DNA from: an uncultured Limosilactobacillus sp.
GTDB lineage: Bacteria > Bacillota > Bacilli > Lactobacillales > Lactobacillaceae
Assembly: GCA_944327195.1 (NCBI GenBank)
Contig: CALVGV010000002.1
Span: 14,337 to 78,336, forward strand
Direction: 5' to 3'
DNA: 64,000 nucleotides
The notes beneath the pieces were generated by a model. It made no database searches. It had not been told where the DNA came from and saw nothing but the letters and a program-made list of their open reading frames with translations. Each line of letters begins with the position of its first letter. Position 1 is the first letter of the stretch. Below, piece after piece: positions 16,189 through 25,295 of the stretch. The position numbers were made by a program, and so were the translations under genes.

Positions 16189-18576
16189 ATGAAGATCAAC
16201 CAATTCGCCATCGTTCCCACTGCCCTCGCCGACCGGGTGAGTCAGCTGCGCACCCTCCGCTTCCTGCCGGATGACTGGGAGGCGCTCCCCGTCAACCAGC
16301 TCTTCGCCCGCCTACTGGGCGCCACCCAGGTCAACCAGGACCCCGCCAGCCGGGCCCACTTTCTCGCCGGCCTGGCCGCCACGCCAACCCAGTCGGTCCA
16401 GGAATGGTTGGCCAGCGACCAGCCGCTGACGACCGCCGTCTTCGACCTGGTGGCCCTCCAGCTACTCCACTTCACCGCCGGGGTTGACTACCAGCCGGAG
16501 GAGCCAATCGCCGCCGTTGAAAAACTGAACCTCCCCCTTCAGCCGCCGGCCCAGTGGGACCAGGCCGGCTTGGTGAGCGCCTTCTACTCCCTGCTGGTCA
16601 GCCGCAACCACGACGGCTACCGCTACCTCGACCAGCTGGCCGTCGACGGGGTCCTGGCCTGGACCTACGACCTGCCGGCCAGCCAGAAGCCGCTCTTCTT
16701 CAACGGCCAGCCGGTGGCAAGCTTCGACCCGGCCCGCTTCATCCGCGAGGTGGTCTACGTCGAGTCCGACCTCGACACCGACAGCGACGGGATGGCCGAC
16801 CTAGTCAAGGTCGAGGTCATCCGCCCGGCCGATAGCGCCGCCGGCCTGCGGGTGCCGGCCGTCTTCACCGCCAGCCCCTACAACCAGGGGACCAACGACG
16901 CCTGGGGCGAGCGGCTGACTCACCCGGTCAACCACCCAATCACCCACAAGCGGGCAACCGCTGCGGCCCCGGCCGAACCGGTCCTGCCGGCCCCCAAGCA
17001 CCACCACCCGGTAAGTGGTGAGGCCGCGCAAGCCAGCGAGACCTTCAGCGAAACGCCATCCTACACCCTCAACGACTACCTGGCCGCCCGCGGCTACGCG
17101 ATCGTCTACGCCGCCGGGATTGGCACCAAGGATAGCGACGGCCTCCAGACCTGCGGCTCGCCGGAGCAGGTTGCCTCGATGAAAGCGGTCGTCGAGTGGC
17201 TCTACGGCGACCGGCGGGCCTTTACCACCCGAACCGGCGGCCAGACGATCCGCGCCCGCTGGTGCAACGGCAAGGTGGCGATGACCGGCCGCTCCTACCT
17301 CGGCACCCTGGCCACGGCGGTCGCCACCACCGGGGTGGCCGGCCTGGCAACGATCGTCAGCGAGGCGGCGATCTCCAGCTGGTACGACTACTACCGTGAA
17401 AACGGCCTGGTGATGGCCCCGGGCGGCTTCCAGGGCGAGGACGCCGACGTGCTGGCGGCCGAAACCTTCAGTCGGACCGCCAACTTGGCCGACTTCCTGA
17501 AGGTCAAGGACCACAACGCCGCCTACCTGAAGGCGATCGCCGCCGCCCAGGACCGGCAAAGCGGCAACTACAACCCCTTCTGGGCGCGGCGCAACTACCG
17601 GCCGCAGATCGAGCGGATCAAGTGCCCGGTGATGATGGTCCACGGCCTCAACGACGACAACGTCAAGCCCAACCAGGTCAAGGCCCTCTACGACGGGCTG
17701 CAAGCGGCCGGAATCAGCAACAAGCTGATCCTCCACCAGGGCAAGCACATCTACATCAACGCCTTCCCCTCGCTTGACTTCGCCGAGATGATCAACCTCT
17801 GGTTCGCCCACTTCCTCTGGGGAGTGGAGAACGGGGCCGAAATCCTCCTGCCACCGGTCCTGGTCCAGGACAACCGCCAGGCCGACCACTGGCTGACCGC
17901 CGACCGGTGGGACGGGACCCAGACCACCACTTACCGGCTCGCCAGCGGCCGGCTGACCACCGGCCAGGGCGAAGAAACGACCACCTTCTTTTTCGACGGC
18001 CAGCCCGGTGGCCGCTACCAGGCCTGGTGCCGGGATCCCCAGCAATGGCAGGCCGCCCTCCTCAGGGACGAGGGCCACTTCAGCGCCCACTTCTTGACGG
18101 CGCCAATTTCCCGGGAAATAACCCTCAAGGGGACCCCGATCCTCCACGCCCGGGTTAAGGTTGACGCCGACCACGGCCTCCTCTCGGCCTTCCTGGTCGA
18201 CCGAGGCAGCGCCCGCCGGCTGACCGTCAGCCCGGTTGTTTCCGGCCCCCGCCAGCTGCGGGCCGGCTTCCACTTCGGCTGCGACGACCGCCGCGAGTTC
18301 GCGCTGGAGAAGACGGCCAGCGCCGCCAAGGTGATTTCCTTTGGCCACTGCAACCTGCAAAACCGCCACGACCCGGCCACCGTCGACGAGCTGGCAGCCA
18401 ACCAGTTCGTCGACCTCTCCATCCCCCTCCAGCCGGTCTACCACCACCTGGTCGCCGGCCACCAGCTGGAGCTGATTGTCTTTGCCACCGACTACCTGAT
18501 GACCCTCCGCGGCAACGAGCCGCTGACCTACACCCTCGACCTGGCCGCCTGCCAACTGACCATCCCCCACGATTAG
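16189..18576 (+). CDS. pepX: Xaa-Pro dipeptidyl-peptidase (PepX, S15 family)
   Basis: 795 aa. Typical PepX N-terminus MKINQFAIVP and nucleophile elbow GRSYLG. Confidence 0.9.
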   Translation: MKINQFAIVPTALADRVSQLRTLRFLPDDWEALPVNQLFARLLGATQVNQDPASRAHFLAGLAATPTQSVQEWLASDQPLTTAVFDLVALQLLHFTAGVDYQPEEPIAAVEKLNLPLQPPAQWDQAGLVSAFYSLLVSRNHDGYRYLDQLAVDGVLAWTYDLPASQKPLFFNGQPVASFDPARFIREVVYVESDLDTDSDGMADLVKVEVIRPADSAAGLRVPAVFTASPYNQGTNDAWGERLTHPVNHPITHKRATAAAPAEPVLPAPKHHHPVSGEAAQASETFSETPSYTLNDYLAARGYAIVYAAGIGTKDSDGLQTCGSPEQVASMKAVVEWLYGDRRAFTTRTGGQTIRARWCNGKVAMTGRSYLGTLATAVATTGVAGLATIVSEAAISSWYDYYRENGLVMAPGGFQGEDADVLAAETFSRTANLADFLKVKDHNAAYLKAIAAAQDRQSGNYNPFWARRNYRPQIERIKCPVMMVHGLNDDNVKPNQVKALYDGLQAAGISNKLILHQGKHIYINAFPSLDFAEMINLWFAHFLWGVENGAEILLPPVLVQDNRQADHWLTADRWDGTQTTTYRLASGRLTTGQGEETTTFFFDGQPGGRYQAWCRDPQQWQAALLRDEGHFSAHFLTAPISREITLKGTPILHARVKVDADHGLLSAFLVDRGSARRLTVSPVVSGPRQLRAGFHFGCDDRREFALEKTASAAKVISFGHCNLQNRHDPATVDELAANQFVDLSIPLQPVYHHLVAGHQLELIVFATDYLMTLRGNEPLTYTLDLAACQLTIPHD

Positions 18577-18639
18577 CAATCGCCGGCCAAGCGGCGTATA
18601 ATGGTTCTATTCACCATTTTTAGAGAGAGGATTGATTTG

Positions 18640-19554
18640 ATGCGGACAGGAACGACGATTTTAACCTTGGATAACGGCTACCACCTCTGGACCAACACCC
18701 AGGGGACGGGGACGATCCACCTGCTGGCCCTCCACGGGGGCCCCGGCGGCAACCACGAGTACTGGGAAGACACCGCCGCCCAGCTGAAGAAGCAGGGGCT
18801 GGACGTCCAGGTGCACATGTACGACCAGCTGGGCTCGCTCTACTCCGACCAGCCGGACTACGCCGACCCGGCGGTGGCCAAGAAATACCTCACCTACGAA
18901 TACTTCCTCGATGAGGTCGAAGAGGTCCGCCAGAAGCTGGGGATCGACAACTTCTACCTGATCGGCCAGAGCTGGGGCGGCCTGCTGGTTCAGGAATACG
19001 CCGTCAAGTACGGCCAGCACCTCAAGGGGGCCATCATCTCCTCGATGGTCGACGAAATCGACGAGTATGTCGACCACGTCAACCACTGCCGGGAAGTGAC
19101 CCTGCCGGCCGAAGAGGTCGCCTTCATGAAGGAATGCGAGGCCACGGGGGACTACGATAACGACCGCTACCAAAAGGACGTCCAAATCCTCAACGAGGCC
19201 TACGTCGACCGCAAGCAGCCGTCCAAGCTCTACCACCTCGGCGACGTGGCCGGCTCGGCCGTCTACAACGCCTTCCAGGGGGACAACGAGTTCGTGATCA
19301 CCGGCAAACTCAAGGACTGGCACTTCCGCGACCAACTGAAGAAGATCAGCGTGCCGACCCTGCTGACCTTCGGGGAACACGAAACGATGCCGCTGGCCAC
19401 CGCCAAGACGATGGCGGCCGAGATCCCGAATTCCAAGCTGGTCACCACGCCAAACGGCGGTCACCACCACATGGTGGACAACCCGGACGTCTACTACCGG
19501 CACCTGGCCGACTTTATCCGCCAAGTGGAAGCGGGAACCTTTAACCAAGACTAA
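18640..19554 (+). CDS. Proline iminopeptidase/prolinase-type alpha/beta hydrolase (S33)
   Basis: Oxyanion motif HGGPGG and nucleophile elbow GQSWGG. ATG 18640 is preferred over 18601. Confidence 0.8.
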   Translation: MRTGTTILTLDNGYHLWTNTQGTGTIHLLALHGGPGGNHEYWEDTAAQLKKQGLDVQVHMYDQLGSLYSDQPDYADPAVAKKYLTYEYFLDEVEEVRQKLGIDNFYLIGQSWGGLLVQEYAVKYGQHLKGAIISSMVDEIDEYVDHVNHCREVTLPAEEVAFMKECEATGDYDNDRYQKDVQILNEAYVDRKQPSKLYHLGDVAGSAVYNAFQGDNEFVITGKLKDWHFRDQLKKISVPTLLTFGEHETMPLATAKTMAAEIPNSKLVTTPNGGHHHMVDNPDVYYRHLADFIRQVEAGTFNQD

Positions 19555-19560
19555 TCACAA

Positions 19561-19600
19561 AGGGGGCGGGAAGAAGCGCGTTTCTTCCCGCCCCTTTTTT
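19561..19600 (+). terminator. Intrinsic terminator with the shared core GGGAAGAAGCGCGTTTCTTCCC
   Basis: GGGGGCGGGAAGAAGCGCGTTTCTTCCCGCCCC followed by TTTTTT. Confidence 0.75.
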
Positions 19601-19699
19601 GACGCCTGGCCCTTTGAAATTTCCCTTAATTTTCTTCAATGTTTAGCCGCCTTTAAAAAATCGCAAGGATTCCTGTGATAAAATGAGGGGCATTGGACT

Positions 19700-19713
19700 A
19701 TTTCCCGGGCAAT
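19700..19713. promoter_or_regulatory. Palindrome ATTTCCCGGGCAAT, a one-mismatch copy of the ATTTCCCGGGAAAT motif
   Basis: Lies about 15 nt downstream of an extended -10 (TGATAAAAT, 19676-19684) and about 100 nt upstream of the LtaS-family gene. Confidence 0.35.
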
Positions 19714-19810
19714 AATTTTTGCCCCGCCAGTCCCTTCCCGGGCTCGCCCGGTCGCGTCTGCGGTCGCCTGGCAAGCCCCACTACTAGCATTTATTGTGAG
19801 GAATTTTTCT

Positions 19811-21937
19811 ATGAAGAAACTAGGGCGGTTTGTCAGCACCCGGACGGGCTTCTTCGCCATGTTGGTGGTCCTCTTTTGGGCCAAGACCCTGCTCGCCTAC
19901 ACGACTGACTTCAACCTTGGCGATACCAGCTTCATCGAGGGGGCCATCACCTTCTTCAACCCCCTGGCGACGACGATCATCCTGCTGAGTATCGGCCTCT
20001 ACTTCAAGCGCTCGCGCTTCTTTTACCCGGTGATCATGATGTTCTACGTTGCCAACACCGTCTTGCTCTACCTGAACGTGATCTACTACCGCGAGTTCAC
20101 CGACTTCATGACCGTCGCCACGATGACCGGTTACTCCAAGGTCAACCAGGGTCTTTCCGGCTCATCCTTGGCCCTGACCAACGTCCACGACCTCTTCTAC
20201 TGGCTGGACATCGTGGTGATCCTGCTCTTGATGCTCTTCAAGAAGATCAAGTTCGACCCGCGGGCGCTCGGCCACCGCTTGGCCTTTGCCTTCACCTCGA
20301 TCGGGATCTTGGCCCTCGGCCTCAACATCATGGTCGCCGAGTTCAGCCGGCCGCAACTGCTGGGGCGGACCTTTGACCGGACCTACATCGTCAAGTACCT
20401 CGGGGTCGACACCTTCACCGGCTACGACCTGCTCAAGTCGCAGCACACCTACAGCATGCGCAAGTCGGCCACCAAGTCGCAGCTGGAAAAGGTCAAGAAG
20501 TTCACCGATTCCAACTACGCCAAGCCAAACGACAAGCTCTACGGGATCGCCAAGGGCCGCAACGTGATCGTCATCCACCTGGAAAGCTTCCAGCAGTTCT
20601 TGATTGACCGCAAGATCAACGGCCAGGAGGTCACCCCCTTCCTGAACTCGCTCTACCACAGCAAGAGCACCTACGCCTTCTCCAACTTCTTCCACCAGGT
20701 TGGCCAGGGGAAGACCTCGGACGCCGAAAACCTGCTGGAAACCAGCACCTTCGGCCTCTCGCAGGGGTCGCTCTTTGCCACCCTGGGGAACGACAACACC
20801 TTCGAGGCGGCGCCGGCGATCCTCGAACAGCGGGCTGGCTACTCGACGGCCGTCTTCCACGGCAACGTGGCCTCCTTCTGGAACCGGAACAACGTCTACA
20901 AGAACCTGGCCTACCAGTACTTCTTCGACGCCTCCTACTACGACACCTCCGGCGACAAGTCGACCGGTTACGGCCTGAAGGACAAGCTGCTCTTCGCCGA
21001 CTCGGTTAAGTACCTCGAGCACCTTCAGCAGCCCTTCTACGTCAAGTACATCACCGTCACCAACCACTTCCCCTATGAGCTAGATAGTGAGGACAAGGAC
21101 TCCTCCTTCACCACGACCAACACCGGGAACACGACGGTCGACGACTACTTCGTGACCGCCCACTACCTCGACCAGTCGATCAAGGAGTTCTTCGCCTACC
21201 TGAAGAAGTCCGGCCTCTACAAGAAGTCGATCATCGTGATCTACGGGGACCACTACGGGATCTCTAACTCCGAAAACAAGAGCCTGGCCAGCGTCCTCGG
21301 CAAGTCATCCAGCTCCTGGACCGACTACGACAACGCGATGCTCCAGCGGGTCCCGCTGATGTTCATCATCCCGGGGACCAACCAGGGGAAGGTCTACTCC
21401 ACCTACGGGGGCGAGGTCGACGTATTGCCGACCCTCCTTCACCTGCTGGGGATCTCGACCAAGCGCTACATCATGTTCGGGACCGACCTCTTCAGCAGCC
21501 AGCACAAGCAGGTGGTCGCCTTCCGCAGCCGCGACTGGGTAACGCCGAAGTACACCAGCGTCAACGGGACGATCTACAGCACCAAGACCGGGAAGACGGT
21601 CAAGCTGTCCAAGAAGCAGAAGAAGTCGGTTGAGGCCTACCAAGAGTTCGTCAACAAGGAACTGAACCTCTCCGACTCGCTCAACGAAAAGAACCTGCTG
21701 CGCTTCTACACGCCGAAGGGCTTCACCAAGGTCAACGCCTCCGACTACAACTACTCCAACGGCCTGGCCAAGGAAAAGAAGATCGAGAAGAAGAAGGGCA
21801 CCAAGTCGACCAGCCTCTACTCCGAGAACGGCAACAAGTCGACCACCAGCCTCTACTCGACCGACGCCCCGGAAATCAACCACTCCTCGACGAGTTCCAA
21901 CCGGATCAAGATTACCAACCCGGACAGCAACAACTAG
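19811..21937 (+). CDS. LTA synthase family protein (sulfatase domain, LtaS-like)
   Basis: N-terminal multi-TM region followed by an extracellular sulfatase-type domain. ATG 19811 lies 8 nt after GAGGA. Confidence 0.8.
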   Translation: MKKLGRFVSTRTGFFAMLVVLFWAKTLLAYTTDFNLGDTSFIEGAITFFNPLATTIILLSIGLYFKRSRFFYPVIMMFYVANTVLLYLNVIYYREFTDFMTVATMTGYSKVNQGLSGSSLALTNVHDLFYWLDIVVILLLMLFKKIKFDPRALGHRLAFAFTSIGILALGLNIMVAEFSRPQLLGRTFDRTYIVKYLGVDTFTGYDLLKSQHTYSMRKSATKSQLEKVKKFTDSNYAKPNDKLYGIAKGRNVIVIHLESFQQFLIDRKINGQEVTPFLNSLYHSKSTYAFSNFFHQVGQGKTSDAENLLETSTFGLSQGSLFATLGNDNTFEAAPAILEQRAGYSTAVFHGNVASFWNRNNVYKNLAYQYFFDASYYDTSGDKSTGYGLKDKLLFADSVKYLEHLQQPFYVKYITVTNHFPYELDSEDKDSSFTTTNTGNTTVDDYFVTAHYLDQSIKEFFAYLKKSGLYKKSIIVIYGDHYGISNSENKSLASVLGKSSSSWTDYDNAMLQRVPLMFIIPGTNQGKVYSTYGGEVDVLPTLLHLLGISTKRYIMFGTDLFSSQHKQVVAFRSRDWVTPKYTSVNGTIYSTKTGKTVKLSKKQKKSVEAYQEFVNKELNLSDSLNEKNLLRFYTPKGFTKVNASDYNYSNGLAKEKKIEKKKGTKSTSLYSENGNKSTTSLYSTDAPEINHSSTSSNRIKITNPDSNN

Positions 21938-21966
21938 TCCCGTCTCGGTAATTCCATCCAAATTAA

Positions 21967-22025
21967 AAGCTCCGTCATTCCGCACCACCGCTTTGGTGGC
22001 CGCCGGAATGGCGGAGCTTTCTTTT
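21967..22025. terminator. Bidirectional intrinsic terminator
   Basis: AAAGCTCCGTCATTCCG...CGGAATGGCGGAGCTTT, flanked by A- and T-runs. Confidence 0.65.
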
Positions 22026-22039
22026 TGCTTGAAATCAGG

Positions 22040-23038
22040 CTACTTGCCGACCTTCATCGACGAGCTGTGCAATGCCAGCCGCTTGTCCGGGTAGAGGGCC
22101 TTGGCCAGGGCGGTCACCGCTACCGGGGCCTCGCCGAAGCCGTTGGCGATCAGGGCCACCTTGCCCGGGTAGGTCACGCCATCGCCGATTGCGTAGACGC
22201 CGGCGACGTTGGTTTCCATCTTGCTGTTGACCTTGATCAGGTTGTGCTCGCTCTCCAGCGGCAGTTCCCAGTCCCTGAGGGCGGCGTTGTTGGAGGTGAA
22301 GCCGTAGTTGACCAGCACCTTGTCGGCCAGCAGGGTCAGCTCGTCTTCGCTCTTCAGCTTCTTCAGGGTGAGGTTAACCTTGCCATCCGCTTGGGCGGCA
22401 ATCTCCTTTGGCAGGTAGGGGGTCAGCACCTCGACCGGCGAGGCCAGCAGCTCGGAGACCGTTTTCGGCAGGGCGCGGAACTGGTCGCGCCGGTGAACCA
22501 GGGTCACCTTCTTGGCCACCGGGGCCAGCATCAGGGCCATGTCGATCGCCGAGTCGCCCCCGCCGAGGACCACGACCTCCTTGCCGGCAAAGTCGTCCTT
22601 GTGGGTGACGAAGTAGGTCAGCTGGTCGTCGCTCAGGTCCTTGGCGCCCTCCAGGGCCAGCGGCCGCGGGGTGAAGGCTCCCTTGCCGAGGGCGATCACG
22701 ATTGCCCGCGCCCGGCTCTGACCGGCCGCGGTGGTGATGGTGAAGGTGCCGTCGGCCTCCTTGGTCACGTTGGTTACCGTTTGGCCCCGCACCAGGTCAA
22801 CCGGGGCGATCGCCAGTTGGGCCTCCAGGTCCTTGGCCAGCTGGCGGCCGGTGACCCCGGCCTTGCCGGCCACGTCCCAGATCTGCTTTTCCGGGTAGAG
22901 GGCCGCCGGCTGACCGCCGAGGGCCGGCAGGGCTTCGATCAGCTGGGCGTCCAGCTCGTGGAGGCCGCAGTAGAAGGCGGCAAACATCCCCGCCGGGCCG
23001 CCACCGATAATTGTTACGTCGTAGATTTTTTCTGTCAT
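22040..23038 (-). CDS. Ferredoxin-NADP reductase type 2 (YumC/TrxB-like flavoprotein)
   Basis: FAD motif IIGGGPAG, NADPH motif GGGDSA, and C-terminal HSS. ATG 23038 is preferred over the track start at 23107. Confidence 0.8.
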   Translation of the reverse strand: MTEKIYDVTIIGGGPAGMFAAFYCGLHELDAQLIEALPALGGQPAALYPEKQIWDVAGKAGVTGRQLAKDLEAQLAIAPVDLVRGQTVTNVTKEADGTFTITTAAGQSRARAIVIALGKGAFTPRPLALEGAKDLSDDQLTYFVTHKDDFAGKEVVVLGGGDSAIDMALMLAPVAKKVTLVHRRDQFRALPKTVSELLASPVEVLTPYLPKEIAAQADGKVNLTLKKLKSEDELTLLADKVLVNYGFTSNNAALRDWELPLESEHNLIKVNSKMETNVAGVYAIGDGVTYPGKVALIANGFGEAPVAVTALAKALYPDKRLALHSSSMKVGK

Positions 23039-23212
23039 GAATTGATGCCTCTTTTGTCTTATAATTAAATTGGTTTCATTGTAGCATTTGGTTTGAGAAA
23101 ATGGCAAAGACCGGAAATTTACGATTGTATTCCCTTTCAGAATCCGTTATCATTAAGGGGTAAAACGTTTATTCATCCGGAAGCCAGTTTTCAATCTTTG
23201 GAGGGACCAATT

Positions 23213-24172
23213 ATGGCACAAAAGAAAATGATTCTCGACTTGGACACTGGGGTTGACGACGCCCTGGCGATCGCCTACGCGGTGGCCGCCCCGGACGTTG
23301 ATTTGATCGGGATTGTTTCGTCCTACGGCAACAACCTGCTCAACGTCTGCGCCGAAAACAGCCTCAAGTTGCTCGAACTGCTCGGCCAACCGGACGTCCC
23401 GGTTTACCTCGGCCTGCCGCACTCCAGCACCAGTGACCACTTCGACGTAATGCAGGTGTCCAAGGATATTCACGGCGACAACGGGATCGGCGACGTCGAA
23501 CTGCCGGCCCCGAAGCGCCAAGTGGAAACCGAATCCGGGGTGGACTTCTACATTGAAGCCGCCCACAAGTACGGCAAGGACCTGATCATCATCCCAACCG
23601 GCCCGATGACCAACCTGGCCGCCGCCCTCAAGAAGGACCCGTCAATCGCCGACCTGATCGGCAACGTCACCTTCATGGGTGGGGCGCTGACGGTTGAAGG
23701 GAACGTAACCGACGTGGCCGAAGCCAACATCAACCAGGACGCCAAGGCGGCCAACGAGGTGCTGACCAGCAAGCTGCCGCTGACGATGGTTGGCCTCGAC
23801 GTGACCCTGCGGACCCTGCTGACCAAGAAGGAAACCCAGCAGTGGCGCGACCTCGGCACCAAGGCCGGCAAGGCATACGCCGACATCACCGACTTCTACA
23901 TCGACGCCTACTACAACCTGAACATCGACAAGAACGGTTGCGCCCTCCACGACCCGCTGGCGGTTGGGGTTTCCCTCGACCCGTCCTTCGTTCAAACGAT
24001 CTCCCTCTTCATGAAGGTTATCTACGACGAACACAACTACGGCCGCACGATCGGCGACAAGGACCGCCTCAACGAACCGAACCCGAACGTCAAGGTGGCC
24101 GTCAACGTCGACAAGGACCGTTACCTGGCAACCTTCATGGACCTGCTGACCAACCTCTTCAAGGAACACTAA
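23213..24172 (+). CDS. Nucleoside hydrolase (IUNH/RihC-like)
   Basis: N-terminal DLDTGVDDALA (DxDxxxDD) motif. ATG 23213 follows GGAGGG. Confidence 0.85.
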   Translation: MAQKKMILDLDTGVDDALAIAYAVAAPDVDLIGIVSSYGNNLLNVCAENSLKLLELLGQPDVPVYLGLPHSSTSDHFDVMQVSKDIHGDNGIGDVELPAPKRQVETESGVDFYIEAAHKYGKDLIIIPTGPMTNLAAALKKDPSIADLIGNVTFMGGALTVEGNVTDVAEANINQDAKAANEVLTSKLPLTMVGLDVTLRTLLTKKETQQWRDLGTKAGKAYADITDFYIDAYYNLNIDKNGCALHDPLAVGVSLDPSFVQTISLFMKVIYDEHNYGRTIGDKDRLNEPNPNVKVAVNVDKDRYLATFMDLLTNLFKEH

Positions 24173-24189
24173 GCTTCCCCGCACTCCTT

Positions 24190-24220
24190 GGCTCCCGCCC
24201 CGCCGGCGGGAGCCTTTTTG
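24190..24220 (+). terminator. Intrinsic terminator after the nucleoside hydrolase gene
   Basis: GGCTCCCGCC-N5-GGCGGGAGCC followed by TTTTT. Confidence 0.75.
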
Positions 24221-24331
24221 TATCTTCTGATCCACGGTTCGTGGCCTCATTTTGTGCAACTTTCTCTGATTTTGTTCTCCACCACGTACCGTGGCCTTCA
24301 AATTGGTCCCTCATTCCGGGACGGCCGCAAC

Positions 24332-24493
24332 TTATCCACCGAATTTTCCCCTTATCCCCAAAATCTTGTGGATAACCACCCCAACTTATCCCCCGTTCGC
24401 TACCCCCATTACGAGGGTTATTCCCGGACTTGCCGGAGTGTTGTTCACAACTTTTCCACCACTTGTGGACAACCGGTGGAAAAGTTATCCCCT
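24332..24493. promoter_or_regulatory. Cluster of eight DnaA-box-like 9-mers
   Basis: TTATCCACC 24332, TTATCCCCA 24352, TGTGGATAA 24367 (perfect, reverse), TTATCCCCC 24386, TTGTTCACA 24441, TTTTCCACC 24452, TGTGGACAA 24464, TTATCCCCT 24485. A 12-bp inverted repeat AACTTTTCCACC/GGTGGAAAAGTT lies at 24449-24486. Confidence 0.6.
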
Positions 24494-24505
24494 CCCCGCA
24501 CCGGC

Positions 24506-24534
24506 TTGCCAAGTGAAGCCGCTTCCGCTAGAAT
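24506..24534 (+). promoter_or_regulatory. Promoter of the TPP-riboswitch/ykoEDC transcript
   Basis: TTGCCA, 17 nt, TAGAAT. Confidence 0.6.
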
Positions 24535-24544
24535 GGAGGTATCA

Positions 24545-24628
24545 ATTACCATGTCTGGGGTGCCTTTGGCTGAGATGATACCCATTAACCTGATCTGGTT
24601 AGTACCAGCGTAGGGAGACGGTCCGTTA
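24545..24628 (+). promoter_or_regulatory. TPP (THI-box) riboswitch aptamer
   Basis: CTGGGGTGC...GCTGAGA...ACCC...AACCTGATCTGGTTAGTACCAGCGTAGGGA matches the THI-element core. A terminator follows directly. Confidence 0.85.
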
Positions 24629-24650
24629 ATTCTTTGGGATAAAACCCAAA

Positions 24651-24682
24651 AAGCCCCCGGAGCGGTTTCCGGGGGCTTTTTT
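24651..24682 (+). terminator. Riboswitch expression-platform terminator
   Basis: AAGCCCCCGG-N8-CCGGGGGC followed by TTTTTT. Confidence 0.75.
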
Positions 24683-24725
24683 CGTGGGCATGGAAAATTG
24701 AAATCACTTTTAGGAGGCATTTTTC

Positions 24726-25295
24726 ATGCACACCACTCGTTACCACCTCAAGGACATCATCCTGCTGGCGCTGATCGGGATCATCTTCGGGGTGATCTAC
24801 TACGCCGGCGACTTCCTCTACAACGGCTTCACCATCCTCTTGACCCCCTTCGGCCTCGGCCCGATGGCCAACGACCTGACGATGGGCCTCTGGTGCATGG
24901 CCGGGCCGCTGGCCGCCATGCTCCTCCAACGGCCGGGGGCGGCCTTCTTCGGCGAATTTCTCGGCGCCGCCGGCGAAATGTTTCTCGGCGGCCAGTGGGG
25001 GGCGGCCAACCTGATCTCTGGCTTCGTCCAGGGGATCGCCACCGAGCTCGGCTTCACCTTCACCGGCTACCGGCGCTACAACTGGTTCTCGCTGACCCTG
25101 ACCACGCTGACCGCCACCCTGGTCACCTTCGGCTGGGACTGGTTCCGCAACGGCTACGCCCACTTCAGCGGCCAGCTCGACCTGCTCCTGCTTGGCGCCC
25201 GCTTCGTTTCGATCTTCCTCTTCTCCGGCGTGCTGGTAAAGCTGATCAGCAACCTGCTGGTTCGCGCCCACGTGATCAAGACCGTTCGCTCATGA
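24726..25295 (+). CDS. ykoE: ECF-type thiamine-precursor (HMP/thiamine) transporter, substrate-capture component YkoE-like
   Basis: 189-aa 6-TM protein directly behind the TPP riboswitch, with AGGAGG 8 nt upstream. ATGA overlap with the next gene. Confidence 0.7.
   Translation: MHTTRYHLKDIILLALIGIIFGVIYYAGDFLYNGFTILLTPFGLGPMANDLTMGLWCMAGPLAAMLLQRPGAAFFGEFLGAAGEMFLGGQWGAANLISGFVQGIATELGFTFTGYRRYNWFSLTLTTLTATLVTFGWDWFRNGYAHFSGQLDLLLLGARFVSIFLFSGVLVKLISNLLVRAHVIKTVRS

Noticed and set aside
24230-24500. Possibility that the DnaA-box cluster is the chromosomal oriC
   Set aside because: No dnaA, dnaN or rpmH is nearby, and no clearly AT-rich unwinding element is adjacent. The flanking genes are a nucleoside hydrolase and a thiamine-precursor transporter. 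It is treated as an orphan DnaA-box cluster instead.
24698-25291. N-terminal 198 codons of track ORF 24698-26680
   Set aside because: This stretch overlaps ykoE in another frame, with a Pro/Arg-rich translation. The ABC ATPase sequence begins at ATG 25292 with an ATGA overlap to ykoE.
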